This document shows, in pieces, positions 42,046-51,862 of a DNA stretch of 64,000 bases. The first letter of the stretch is position 1; the number at the start of each line of letters is the position of its first letter. A model generated the notes under the pieces. The model did not search any database. It was given only the letters and a program-made list of their open reading frames with translations, and was not told the origin of the DNA. The position numbers were made by a program, and so were the translations under genes. Source of the DNA: Bdellovibrionales bacterium (GTDB lineage: Bacteria; Bdellovibrionota; Bdellovibrionia; Bdellovibrionales; UBA1609). The stretch is taken from NCBI GenBank assembly GCA_965116175.1, contig OZ220490.1:65466-129465 (forward strand). The letters are read 5' to 3'.

Positions 42046-45000
42046 TTATTTATTTTTGTTTTTTGAAATAACAGATAAAGATTTTGATTCAACACTGCTT
42101 TCCATATCGACAGAAACAATTTGAGACACACCAGGCTGTTTTAAAGTTACACCATAAAGTTTTTTACAGGCCTGCATAGTGTGTTTGTTGTGAGTAATGG
42201 CAATGATCTGGCTTTTTCGTGACATTTCTGTAAGAATAGAAAGAAAACGGAAAATATTGGCATCATCAAGAGGGGCGTCAGCTTCGTCAATGATACAAAA
42301 AGGAGAAGGTTTTACTAGAAATAAAGAATAAATAAGACATATAGATGTCAAAGCTTTTTCCCCTCTGGAAAGCAAAGTTACACTTTGAGGCTTTTTTCCT
42401 GGAGGATGTATTAAAATATCCACTCCAGGCTCCTTTCCTTCCGGTTCTTCATGCAAAATAAGTTGGGCTTTGGCATTATCCCCTTGAAATACAATGGGAA
42501 AGATCTTAGAAAATCTTGTGTTGATTTCTTCCAACATATCTTTAAATCGTTTCTCACACAGGTTATCAATGTGAGAAATAACTTTTGTAAGCTCTTTTTT
42601 GGAATGGATAAGATCTTCTTTTTGTGTATTTAAAAAGTAATTTTCCTTGGACAGTTTCTCATACTCTTCAAGAGCTAAAAAGTTGATTTCTTTTATTCGA
42701 TCCAGCTGCTCTTGATAGCGTTTTATTTCCTCTTTTAATTTTTCTAGAGGCGTTTCCTCTGACGAGGGGGCAGGGGTAAAATTTTCAATCTGGAGCTGGT
42801 AGTTTTCTGCAAACTTGGCTTTTAAATGAGTTTTTTCCAGTTCTTTTTTATCCCCACTTGATTGTAAAGTGTTAATATCTAATTTAAGTTGAAAAAGTTT
42901 TTTTTCTAAATCCTTTATGATAATTTCATGATGGTCTTTGTTTTGGTTTTGCTCTTTTAATTCTTTTTCAAAAGCCATTAACTGGTTATTTAAAGTTTGC
43001 TTTTGTTTGTAAATATTATTTATGTTTTCTTCAGAATATGAAGAAGATAAGTCTTCTTTTGTGTGGCTTTCAGACTTATCTGTTAAATTTAATAAAAGCA
43101 AAACTTCCTGATCCAAACTTTTTTGCTCTTTGATGTTATCTGAAAGCTCTTTTTCCCATTTTGCCTTTTCCAGATTTCGCGCTCTATGTTCATCTATTAT
43201 TTTCTGTATAGTGTTTAACTGGCTTTCTTTAAGGGACTTCGTTTGATCTAAATCTTGTATTTCTTTAACATAAGCTTCATTATGTTGAATAAGATTTTGT
43301 TTTTCTTTATCAAACTTTTTTATTCTTTGATCGTTTTTTTTACGGCTTTCTGAAAGCCTTAACAATTCTTTTTCCAATTGTTCTATGTCTTTTTTCAAAG
43401 AAATCAACTTCTCAGCGCTTTGGCTGTTTTGATTTTGAAAGCTTTGTTTTTGTTGTTTGACTTGATTTAACCTTTTTATACAGATTTCCAAATCCATTTT
43501 TTTTATTTTAAGTTCCATTTGTTTTGCAGAGAGATTTTTTGAATGATCATCAATTTGATCACGGATTTGAAAAAGACTTGTTTCTTTATTGGCAGAACCG
43601 GCATAAACAAAAGCATCTCTTGTGATAATATCCCCCTCCTTTGTAACAAATTGAAGGGCAGAAAATTGTTTTTTGAGCTCCAAAGCAGAATTCAAATCAG
43701 AAACAACAACTGTCTGTTCCAAATAAGAGCGAAGAGAATCAGTATGGATATTCCAGTCAATTTTTTCAGATAAAAAACAGGTAAAGGCGGGATAAGTTGT
43801 AATTTTTTTTCTTAAAGATGGGGAGACTTTCAAACCAGGCAGAGAGCTTAAAAAACTGGTTTTGCCTTTATTTTGATTCTTTAATTGTTTAACTGCTTCC
43901 TCAATGGAAAAGTCTTCTTTTGGGATAAGAGCTTGAATATGGTGTCCAAGAACACTTCCTAAAGCTGTTGCATAATCAGGATCAACTTTCAAATTTTGAA
44001 ACAAAGACAAGAACTCCTCTGGTTTTTGGGCTTTTAAATCAGCAGCTCCTTCATTAATAGCCTCAAAACGAGCAATCAATTTTGTCATTTCCTCTATCTT
44101 GTATTGAAGAATAGAAGCGCTTTGATTTAAGCCATTGACTTTCTTTTCAATATTTTCTTTTTTAATGACAAAACTTTTCTCATTTTCAGACACAGTCTGA
44201 AATTCTTTGTTGAAATTCAGACTTAATTGTCTGTGTTTTTCAAAAAGAGCATTCAACTTGTTTTTATCATTAATATTTTTTTGAATCTGTTTGGTTATGT
44301 CTTTTTTTTCTTCTATTAATTGCTCTTTCTCATTTTCAATAAATTGTGTCTGTTTTTGAACGATACTTGCATTGGTTTCTACAGATGTTTTGTTTTGTTT
44401 TATTTCTTCTAAATGGCTTTTAATTTGCAGCTCTTTTTTCTCAGAGGATGAAATATCGCCCTTACTGTCTATACATTTTTGAATTTTTTCCATTTCTTCA
44501 TGAATGGATTTTTCTTTTTTCTGAAGCTCTTTTTTTTTATTTTTTATATCTTCAATGACTTTGAAAACTTTAATTTTATTGAGTAAACTTGACTCCTCCA
44601 TCCTTTTTTCCATTTCTTTTTGTTTTAAGGCTGAAAGATTTTGATTTGCAATTTTAAGCTGGGCCTTAGCTGTTTCAATTTGTTTTTCCAAGGGTTGAAC
44701 TTCTGCTTCTTTTTCCAGCTTTTCAGATTTTAAAGAATCTTTTTCTTTTTGAAATTTCTGATAAAGATGAAAGAGATGTTCTTTTTCCTTTCTTTCAATC
44801 TGTTGACTTCTGCTTTCTATCCCCCGTTTTAATTCTCTGTATTTTTCTGCTTTTTTAGCCTGACTTGTCAGCTTATTCAATTGAGATTCCTGCATCTTCA
44901 AAATATCATTCAGTCTTTGTAGATTTTGATTTACAAGTTCAAGTTTTCTTGTGGATTCATGCTTTCGGTTTTTAAATTTTGTAATACCGGCCACTTCTTC

Positions 45001-45495
45001 AATAATAAAGCGTCTTTGTCCAGGTTTAGCTGTAATGAGTTTTTCAATAGATTCTTGCTCAATAATGCTAAAGCCCCTGCAACCGGCTCCCGTATTCATA
45101 AAAAGCTCACGAATATCCTTTAAAAGACAGGTTTGTTGATTAATGAGAAACTCATTTTTTCCATCACGATAAGCCCGTCTGGTGATCATCAGTTCAGAGA
45201 AGCTTTTATAATTTTCCGGGAAATCCACAGGGCCTTTGCTTAAAGTAAGGTTTACTTCCGCCATATTTCCAGGCGCTTCTTTTACTGTGCCGCTAAAGAT
45301 AACATCTGATAAAGATTCCCCTCTTAAATGCTTGGGTGAACTTTCCCCCATAACCCACAAAAGAGCATCTACCACATTGGATTTACCGCATCCATTAGGG
45401 CCCACAATGCCTGTAATCTTTTGGGAGTCAAACTCTAAAGTGGTTTTATCTTTAAAAGATTTAAAACCAAAAATTTCCAATCTTTTTATAAACAC
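42046..45495 (-). CDS. smc: Chromosome partition protein Smc
   Basis: Walker A is GPNGCGKSN. Long coiled-coil arms and a hinge are present. The C-terminus has LSRGEKALTSI, FCIIDEADAPLDD and ITHNKHTM. GTG start lies 2 nt after the ppdK stop. Confidence 0.92.
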   Translation of the reverse strand: MFIKRLEIFGFKSFKDKTTLEFDSQKITGIVGPNGCGKSNVVDALLWVMGESSPKHLRGESLSDVIFSGTVKEAPGNMAEVNLTLSKGPVDFPENYKSFSELMITRRAYRDGKNEFLINQQTCLLKDIRELFMNTGAGCRGFSIIEQESIEKLITAKPGQRRFIIEEVAGITKFKNRKHESTRKLELVNQNLQRLNDILKMQESQLNKLTSQAKKAEKYRELKRGIESRSQQIERKEKEHLFHLYQKFQKEKDSLKSEKLEKEAEVQPLEKQIETAKAQLKIANQNLSALKQKEMEKRMEESSLLNKIKVFKVIEDIKNKKKELQKKEKSIHEEMEKIQKCIDSKGDISSSEKKELQIKSHLEEIKQNKTSVETNASIVQKQTQFIENEKEQLIEEKKDITKQIQKNINDKNKLNALFEKHRQLSLNFNKEFQTVSENEKSFVIKKENIEKKVNGLNQSASILQYKIEEMTKLIARFEAINEGAADLKAQKPEEFLSLFQNLKVDPDYATALGSVLGHHIQALIPKEDFSIEEAVKQLKNQNKGKTSFLSSLPGLKVSPSLRKKITTYPAFTCFLSEKIDWNIHTDSLRSYLEQTVVVSDLNSALELKKQFSALQFVTKEGDIITRDAFVYAGSANKETSLFQIRDQIDDHSKNLSAKQMELKIKKMDLEICIKRLNQVKQQKQSFQNQNSQSAEKLISLKKDIEQLEKELLRLSESRKKNDQRIKKFDKEKQNLIQHNEAYVKEIQDLDQTKSLKESQLNTIQKIIDEHRARNLEKAKWEKELSDNIKEQKSLDQEVLLLLNLTDKSESHTKEDLSSSYSEENINNIYKQKQTLNNQLMAFEKELKEQNQNKDHHEIIIKDLEKKLFQLKLDINTLQSSGDKKELEKTHLKAKFAENYQLQIENFTPAPSSEETPLEKLKEEIKRYQEQLDRIKEINFLALEEYEKLSKENYFLNTQKEDLIHSKKELTKVISHIDNLCEKRFKDMLEEINTRFSKIFPIVFQGDNAKAQLILHEEPEGKEPGVDILIHPPGKKPQSVTLLSRGEKALTSICLIYSLFLVKPSPFCIIDEADAPLDDANIFRFLSILTEMSRKSQIIAITHNKHTMQACKKLYGVTLKQPGVSQIVSVDMESSVESKSLSVISKNKNK

Positions 45496-45497
45496 AA

Positions 45498-48419
45498 TTA
45501 ACTTTCCTCTTTCTGTTTTATTGTGGATTGGGCGGCAGCCAACCGGGCAATGGGGATTCTATAAGGTGAACAGCTTACATAATCAAGGTCTAAACTGTGA
45601 AAAAAGAATAAGCTTTTTGGATCTCCCCCATGCTCTCCGCAAACACCAATTTTTATCTCTTTTTTTGTTTGCCTTGCTTTTTGCACAGCCATTTTCATAA
45701 GTTCACCCACCCCCTCTTTATCAATCTGTGCAAAAGGATCCCCATCTAGGATTTTTTCCTGAATATAAGAGGGTAAAAATTTTCCTCCGTCATCTCTGGA
45801 AAATCCAAAAACAGTTTGAGTGAGGTCATTGGTTCCAAAGCTCAGGAAATCTGCTGATTTTGCCAGACGGTCAGCTGTTAGACAGGCTCTGGGGAGTTCA
45901 ATCATTGTTCCAATATTGAGAGGAAGCTTGATTTGAAATTTTTCTTCTGCTTTTTGAATTTCTCTTTGAACAAGATTTTTTAAAATTTCCAGTTCTTTTT
46001 CAGAGCAAACAAGGGGGATCATAATTTCAGGTTCTGCTTTTTTGTTTTCCTTTAAAAGTTGGGCTACAGCCGCGCTTAAAGCCTTGGTTTGCATTAAATA
46101 GATTTCAGGAAAGGTTATGGCCAACCGGCATCCTCTGTGTCCCAGCATGGGATTGCTTTCTTTTAAGCTTTTGACTTTAAAACTTAATTTGTCTTTATTT
46201 ATTTCCATTTTATTAGCCAAAAGCTCTATATCTTCTTCACTATGAGGCAGAAACTCATGAAGAGGGGGATCCAAGAGTCTGATTGTAACAGGATGGGGAG
46301 ACATAATATGAAGAATTTCATAAAAATCCTCTTTTTGCATCACAAAAAGATCTTCAAGAGCTTGCTCTCTTTCTTCAGAGTTTTCAGAAAGAATCATTTT
46401 TCTCATAATATTAATGCGTTCAGGGGAAAAAAACATGTGTTCTGTCCGACATAGCCCTAGTCCTTTAGCTCCAAACTCTTTGGATTTTTTAACATCAACA
46501 GGAGTTTCAGCATTAGCCCGCACTTTTAATTTGGCATATTTGTCTGAAAGCTTCATGAGCTTGAAGAAGTTATCATCTAAAGAGGGGGCTTTTGTTTTGA
46601 CTTTGCCTAAGAAAACCTCACCTGTTGCGCCATCAAGACTGATATCATCCCCTTCTTTTAAAGTATGGCCTTTAAAATAAAGCTCTTTTTTATTTTCATC
46701 AATATAAGCTGTTTCACAACCCACAATACAAGGTTTTCCCATACTTCTGGCTACAACAGCGGCATGAGAAGTCATTCCTCCCCGGATAGTCAGTATACCT
46801 TTTGCATGGATCATTCCATTAATATCTTCAGGGGAGGTTTCTGTCCGGACAAGAATAACCGGCAGTCCTTTTTTGTTAAATTCCTGGGCTTTATCGTTGT
46901 CAAAAATAACTTTGCCAATACTTCCTCCTGGACTTGCCGGAAGTCCTTTGGAGAGGAGAATTTTTTTATCTGAATTATCAAGAGAAGGGTGCAAAAGACT
47001 GTTTAAGGAAGAGGGTGTGATTTTTTCCAATATATCTTTTTCACTTATCAAGGCTTCTTCTTTTAAGTCAAAAAGAATTTTTAATTGAGCTTTAGGATTG
47101 CATTTGGCATTTCTGGTTTGCAGCAGCCAGAGCTTGTTTTGCTCCACAGTAAATTCAATATCTTGAACAAACTTGTAGTGTTTTTCCAATCTATGGCAAA
47201 GTTCAGTCAGCTGTTGAAAAACCTCTGGCATTAAGGACTTTAAGTCTTTTGTTCCGTCCTGTTTTGTATTGACAATTAGCAAAGGAGTTCTTGTTCCTGC
47301 AACCACATCTTCTCCCTGGGCGTTTATAAGAAATTCACCAAATAGAGTTTTTTCCCCTGTTGAGGGGTTTCTTGTAAAGACCACTCCTGTGGCGCAGTCT
47401 TCCCCCCGGTTGCCAAAGACCATAGATTGAACATTAACAGCAGTGCCCAGTGTTTTTTGGGAGTCATGCATGTTGCGGTAAACGATAGCTCTGGGATTGT
47501 TCCAGCTTTTAAATACAGCTGAGATAGCTGTCCAAAGCTGCTCCCAAGGGTCTTCAGGGAAGAGGAGGCCTGTATTTTGTAAAATAGATTCTTTAAAATG
47601 CTGAACAATGTTTTTCCACTCTTCGGCTTTGATTTCTGAATCAGAGAAGTAATTTTTTTGATTTTTGTAGTCTTCAAGATAAACTTCCAAAAGAGAGGCA
47701 TTCATTTTCATAACAACCGAAGAATACATCTGTATAAAACGGCGATAAGTGTCCCAGGCGAAACGATCATCATGACAAAGGCGGCTCAAGACTGATACAT
47801 TTTTTTCATTAAGCCCAAGATTTAAAATGGTATCCATCATGCCTGGCATACTGACTGGCGCCCCTGAACGCACACTGAGAAGCAAAAGGCTTTTTTTATC
47901 ATTGAATTTTTTTCCTGTTGCAGATTCCAATTTTTTAATGGCTAATCTGATAGGAGCTTTAATTTCTTCGGGAAGCTTTTCACCATTTTTAAGGAAAAGA
48001 TCGCAGAGCTCTGTTGTTAGGGTAAAACCTGGCGGGACTTGCAGGCCAAGGCGTGACATTTCTGCCAGATTGGCTCCTTTACTGCCTAAAAGATTTATAT
48101 CTTTTGCAGAGCCTTCCGTCTCTTGAGGTCCAAAGTGATAAATGTATTTTTTATTGATTGTGATGAGCTTATTTTTTTGGTTTAAACTTTTTCCATTTTT
48201 GGTGTTAAGAACAATAGATTTTGTAGAATGATTTTTTCCTGTTTGAGCAGAACCATTGTGATAATTGTTTTGAGAGAAATATCTTTCTTTTTTAAAAGCT
48301 GAAGATTTTTTTGATGGCAAAGTTTGGATGCTTTTTGAATCAGATTCTATTACTTTGTTTGAGAGAGTTTTTTTTGATTGAAATAAAGAGGTTTCTGTTG
48401 TGGCCTTGCTCATTATCAA
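45498..48419 (-). CDS. ppdK: Pyruvate, phosphate dikinase with ~90-aa N-terminal extension
   Basis: Contains LGSKGANLAEM, GGMTSHAAVVARSMG (phospho-His), CRTEHMF and CGEHGGDP. The conserved region starts at KKYIYHF. Confidence 0.92.
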   Translation of the reverse strand: MIMSKATTETSLFQSKKTLSNKVIESDSKSIQTLPSKKSSAFKKERYFSQNNYHNGSAQTGKNHSTKSIVLNTKNGKSLNQKNKLITINKKYIYHFGPQETEGSAKDINLLGSKGANLAEMSRLGLQVPPGFTLTTELCDLFLKNGEKLPEEIKAPIRLAIKKLESATGKKFNDKKSLLLLSVRSGAPVSMPGMMDTILNLGLNEKNVSVLSRLCHDDRFAWDTYRRFIQMYSSVVMKMNASLLEVYLEDYKNQKNYFSDSEIKAEEWKNIVQHFKESILQNTGLLFPEDPWEQLWTAISAVFKSWNNPRAIVYRNMHDSQKTLGTAVNVQSMVFGNRGEDCATGVVFTRNPSTGEKTLFGEFLINAQGEDVVAGTRTPLLIVNTKQDGTKDLKSLMPEVFQQLTELCHRLEKHYKFVQDIEFTVEQNKLWLLQTRNAKCNPKAQLKILFDLKEEALISEKDILEKITPSSLNSLLHPSLDNSDKKILLSKGLPASPGGSIGKVIFDNDKAQEFNKKGLPVILVRTETSPEDINGMIHAKGILTIRGGMTSHAAVVARSMGKPCIVGCETAYIDENKKELYFKGHTLKEGDDISLDGATGEVFLGKVKTKAPSLDDNFFKLMKLSDKYAKLKVRANAETPVDVKKSKEFGAKGLGLCRTEHMFFSPERINIMRKMILSENSEEREQALEDLFVMQKEDFYEILHIMSPHPVTIRLLDPPLHEFLPHSEEDIELLANKMEINKDKLSFKVKSLKESNPMLGHRGCRLAITFPEIYLMQTKALSAAVAQLLKENKKAEPEIMIPLVCSEKELEILKNLVQREIQKAEEKFQIKLPLNIGTMIELPRACLTADRLAKSADFLSFGTNDLTQTVFGFSRDDGGKFLPSYIQEKILDGDPFAQIDKEGVGELMKMAVQKARQTKKEIKIGVCGEHGGDPKSLFFFHSLDLDYVSCSPYRIPIARLAAAQSTIKQKEES

Positions 48420-48480
48420 AAATTTCCTTTTATTTTGTTATCGCTTTTAAAAATTTCAAGCCTTTTTAGATACTGTTTAA

Positions 48481-48650
48481 CCTTGTTTGAAGTTTGAAGG
48501 TTTCCAAATGAAGACATACATCACTGCTTCCATTAGAGTAAGAGAGAGTTTGGCTTTGAACATAAAACATCTATCTGAGCTTTTAACCCCTTACTCTAGG
48601 TGGCCTGAGTTTTATCTCAATAAAAACCCTCAAATTTCCAGCAGGCTTGA
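48481..48650. repeat. Structured palindromic intergenic element, copy B (shorter, decayed, inverted relative to copy A)
   Basis: The arms are cactgcttccattagagtaagag and ccccttactctaggtggcctgag. The interior gagtttggctttgaacataaaac matches the complement of the copy A interior. The flank attgagataaaa is shared with copy A. Confidence 0.7.
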
Positions 48651-48656
48651 TATAAT

Positions 48657-49964
48657 TTAAAAAGCTAGTTTTTGTTTTAAAAATTCCTCCAGAGAATCAA
48701 TGGAAATTCTATCCTGTTTCATTGTATCCCTGTCCCTGACTGTTATCTTTTTGTCATCCAAACTTTCAAAATCAACCGTCACACAAAGAGGGGTGCCGAT
48801 CTCATCTTGCCGACGGTAACGCTTCCCAATACTTCCTGAAACATCGTATTCCATAAACCACTTTTCTTGTAGTGTTTGTTGAATTTTATGCCCCATATCC
48901 ATAAGAGCTTCCTTTTTAGACAAAGGCAGGATAGCGACCTGAACAGGAGCGACTTGGGGTTTAAACTTTAATAATATTCTTGTTTCTTCCTCAAGCTTTT
49001 CTTTTGTGTAAGCTGAACACAGGAGAGCTAGAAAGAGACGGTCACAGCCAATAGAGGTTTCAATAATGTAAGGAATGTAAGATTTGTTTTGCTCAGCATC
49101 AAAATACTTTAATTTTTTCCCAGAAAATCTTTCATGGGACGATAAATCAAAATCCCCCCGGTTATGTAAACCTTCAAGCTCCCGCCTTCCCATTGGAAAA
49201 TCATATTCAATATCCTCAGCTGACTTGGCATAATGAGCCAACTCCTCAGGGCTATGAGCCTTAAAATACAACTCCTTTTCTTTTAAGCCAAGGCTTAAAA
49301 GATTTTGTTTTCTTTCTTCCCTCCAATATTCAAACCATTTGTCCCCTTCTTCGGAAGGAATAAAAAACTGCATTTCCATTTGTTCAAATTCCCTCATGCG
49401 AAAAATAAAATGTGAGGGAGTGATTTCATTCCGAAAAGCTTTGCCAATTTGGGCTATGCCAAAAGGGATTTTATATCTTAAGCTTTGCTGGACATTTAAA
49501 AAATTGACATAAATCCCCTGGGCTGTTTCAGGACGGAGGTAAACTGTAGCGCTGTCTTCCTCCACAGGCCCCATAAAGCTCTTAAACATAAGATTAAAAT
49601 TGCGGGATTCTGTAAGATTTTTAGAACCGCATTTCGGGCATTGATTTACTTTTTTCTCAAGGCGAAAGCGGTGTTTGCAGTCTTTACAGTCTACAAGAGG
49701 ATCTGTAAATTCCTCCAAATGACCGGAAGCCTCCCAAACCCTGGGGTGCATAAAAATACTAGTATCCAAACCTGTTACATTGGGCCGGCGGGTCATATCC
49801 TCCCACCACAGCTTTTTGATGTTGTTTTTTAACTGAACACCAAGAGGGCCATAATCCCAACAGGAGTTAAGCCCTCCATAAATTTCGCTGCTGGGAAATA
49901 AAAAGCCTCTTCTCCGGCAAAGAGAGACAATCTCTGAAAGCTTTGTTTGTTCTTTTTCACTCAT
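48657..49964 (-). CDS. glyQS: Glycine--tRNA ligase (dimeric alpha2 class II type)
   Basis: Contains RRGFLFPSSEIYGG, GKAFRNEITPSHFIFRMREFEQMEMQFF and an anticodon-binding C-terminus. Confidence 0.92.
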   Translation of the reverse strand: MSEKEQTKLSEIVSLCRRRGFLFPSSEIYGGLNSCWDYGPLGVQLKNNIKKLWWEDMTRRPNVTGLDTSIFMHPRVWEASGHLEEFTDPLVDCKDCKHRFRLEKKVNQCPKCGSKNLTESRNFNLMFKSFMGPVEEDSATVYLRPETAQGIYVNFLNVQQSLRYKIPFGIAQIGKAFRNEITPSHFIFRMREFEQMEMQFFIPSEEGDKWFEYWREERKQNLLSLGLKEKELYFKAHSPEELAHYAKSAEDIEYDFPMGRRELEGLHNRGDFDLSSHERFSGKKLKYFDAEQNKSYIPYIIETSIGCDRLFLALLCSAYTKEKLEEETRILLKFKPQVAPVQVAILPLSKKEALMDMGHKIQQTLQEKWFMEYDVSGSIGKRYRRQDEIGTPLCVTVDFESLDDKKITVRDRDTMKQDRISIDSLEEFLKQKLAF

Positions 49965-50166
49965 GTTTTGATAAAATATTTCTGATTATACTCATCCTGT
50001 TTGAGTTTTTTTGTTTGTCAAGCTTAACCTGTTTTATTGGGGAATAAAAAAGAATTTTTAAATTGTAAACACACTATAAGATTGTGATTTGAACTGATCG
50101 TGTTTGAAATTTCCACATCCTGTAATTTTTATCATGAACCTTAATAAATAAGAGTTTAATGAGTTG

Positions 50167-51105
50167 TTAAGGCTCAACAGTGGTGCTAATCCAACTGGGC
50201 GCTTTTTCTAACTCTCTAAAGAATATCTGTGCTTCTTCTTTTAGTTGTTCTATTTTTTCCTGATGCTGTTCACATTGATCTAAACTCACTTTACAGTTAT
50301 TTGCTATTTGTATTCTTTCATCTTCTAAAGGATAGGCCGCCTCTACAAAATTTAAGTTGGCCTGGCACTGTATTTGCTGTGCTTTGTATACTAAAGCTTT
50401 TTTCTCTTTCCAAACAGAAAGAGCGGGCCTTTTTAAACAACGGATTGCCGCATCTCCTAGCTCTTGTAATATGCCTATAGTATCAGCATGAAAAGTATTA
50501 TCTTTCATAATTTTTCCCAAAACCTTGCTATATACATTGAAATAAAGGGCAGGTAATTTAGTAAATACATAATAACTGGTTGCAGATACATATTCATGAT
50601 AACTGATATTTTCTATAGAGCTGCCTTCCGGATAGGAAGATATAGACTCAATTTGATCTGCCGCTTTTTCATAGTAAGCAATAGATTTATAGGTATTTTC
50701 TAAATTAGCCTCTTGATTATTATCAAAAGATTGATTCTTTTCATAATATAGCCCTAATATGTGAGTAGCTACTACATGTCCTTCTTCAGAAGCCATCCGC
50801 AGATGGTTTAACCCTTCACTATATCTTCCTATACATATAGCAGCAAATCCTAATGAATATCTAAAAGGTGTTAAGTTATTCTTTTGTATTTCCAATACTT
50901 TGTTATAATTTTCTAAAGTGTGTACTACATCTGAACACTGAATTGTATTTACTGCTCCATAGCTATTTAAAGAGAGAAAAAAGCTTAAAATTAAAATTCC
51001 CGCCGTTGCTATTTTCTTTATTCCTGTTTCTGAATAGAAATGAGAACCTGAATAGGAATGAGAACAGCTTTGTTTCCTTAAATCTTTTGCTTTTACTTTT
51101 TCCAT
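50167..51105 (-). CDS. Secreted Sel1-like/TPR-like repeat protein
   Basis: It has an N-terminal signal/TM segment (ATAGILILSFFLSLNSYG). ASEEGHVVATHILGLYYEKN is a Sel1-type repeat. Confidence 0.5.
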   Translation of the reverse strand: MEKVKAKDLRKQSCSHSYSGSHFYSETGIKKIATAGILILSFFLSLNSYGAVNTIQCSDVVHTLENYNKVLEIQKNNLTPFRYSLGFAAICIGRYSEGLNHLRMASEEGHVVATHILGLYYEKNQSFDNNQEANLENTYKSIAYYEKAADQIESISSYPEGSSIENISYHEYVSATSYYVFTKLPALYFNVYSKVLGKIMKDNTFHADTIGILQELGDAAIRCLKRPALSVWKEKKALVYKAQQIQCQANLNFVEAAYPLEDERIQIANNCKVSLDQCEQHQEKIEQLKEEAQIFFRELEKAPSWISTTVEP

Positions 51106-51862
51106 ACTTATAATTTATAAAAACTTTTAAATATTTTTGCGTGATTTGATAGCTCATTATTTATTACATAAACCTATGTCACCGCTAACCTTTGCCCACC
51201 AGAAATCATCATTTCTATTAAACCAGAATCCTGTAAAAGCTTTTTATATCCGAACTCCAAATTAAATATCAGAATGACAGCACATATACTTATAAAAACA
51301 CAGGCTCAAGGCTTCAACCACATATCTGTTCTTGTTTATCCTTGAGATCACTTATGTTTTTACTGTTAAGTCACATCTCCTTGACTTTTTAAGAAATTAT
51401 TTATTTGTTTGCTTTACATTTGTTTATTTACTCTACACCTATACAAACTTTATTCCATAGCCTTAGCTTTTACAGCACCCGTTTCCTCCTGGTTCAATCT
51501 TTCTACTACACCACTACAAACTTTATTGCAATATTTTATATATTTTCTTCTTAGGTTTTATATAAGATTTAGACTGCGCCCAAAAAATGGGACAGTTCTG
51601 GCAAAAATTTAGGGTTTATGGTGACTTAAGCTGTTCATTAGCAGTTAAGCTTAAAACTAATAGAGTTAAAATTTAAGGGTTACAGTCACTTGAGATATTT
51701 TTTTTAATAGAAACTCGCTGTTAAAAGAAACCTTATAAAAAACATAAAGTTTTTTCTGGGTTTATTGTTAATAGAGATTGCATTTATTAACATTGTAATC
51801 CTCCTGACCCCCTATATAGTGTGGACAAAGATGACGAGTTCATCTATGAAATAAAAATCTAA

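Noticed and set aside
51409-51612. 67-aa + strand ORF and surrounding 51.1-51.86 kb non-coding stretch, considered as a gene or decayed IS.
   Set aside because: The ORF product is hydrophobic and low-complexity with no support. I suspected transposase debris in the region, but I could not align it to any IS end or transposase motif in the window.
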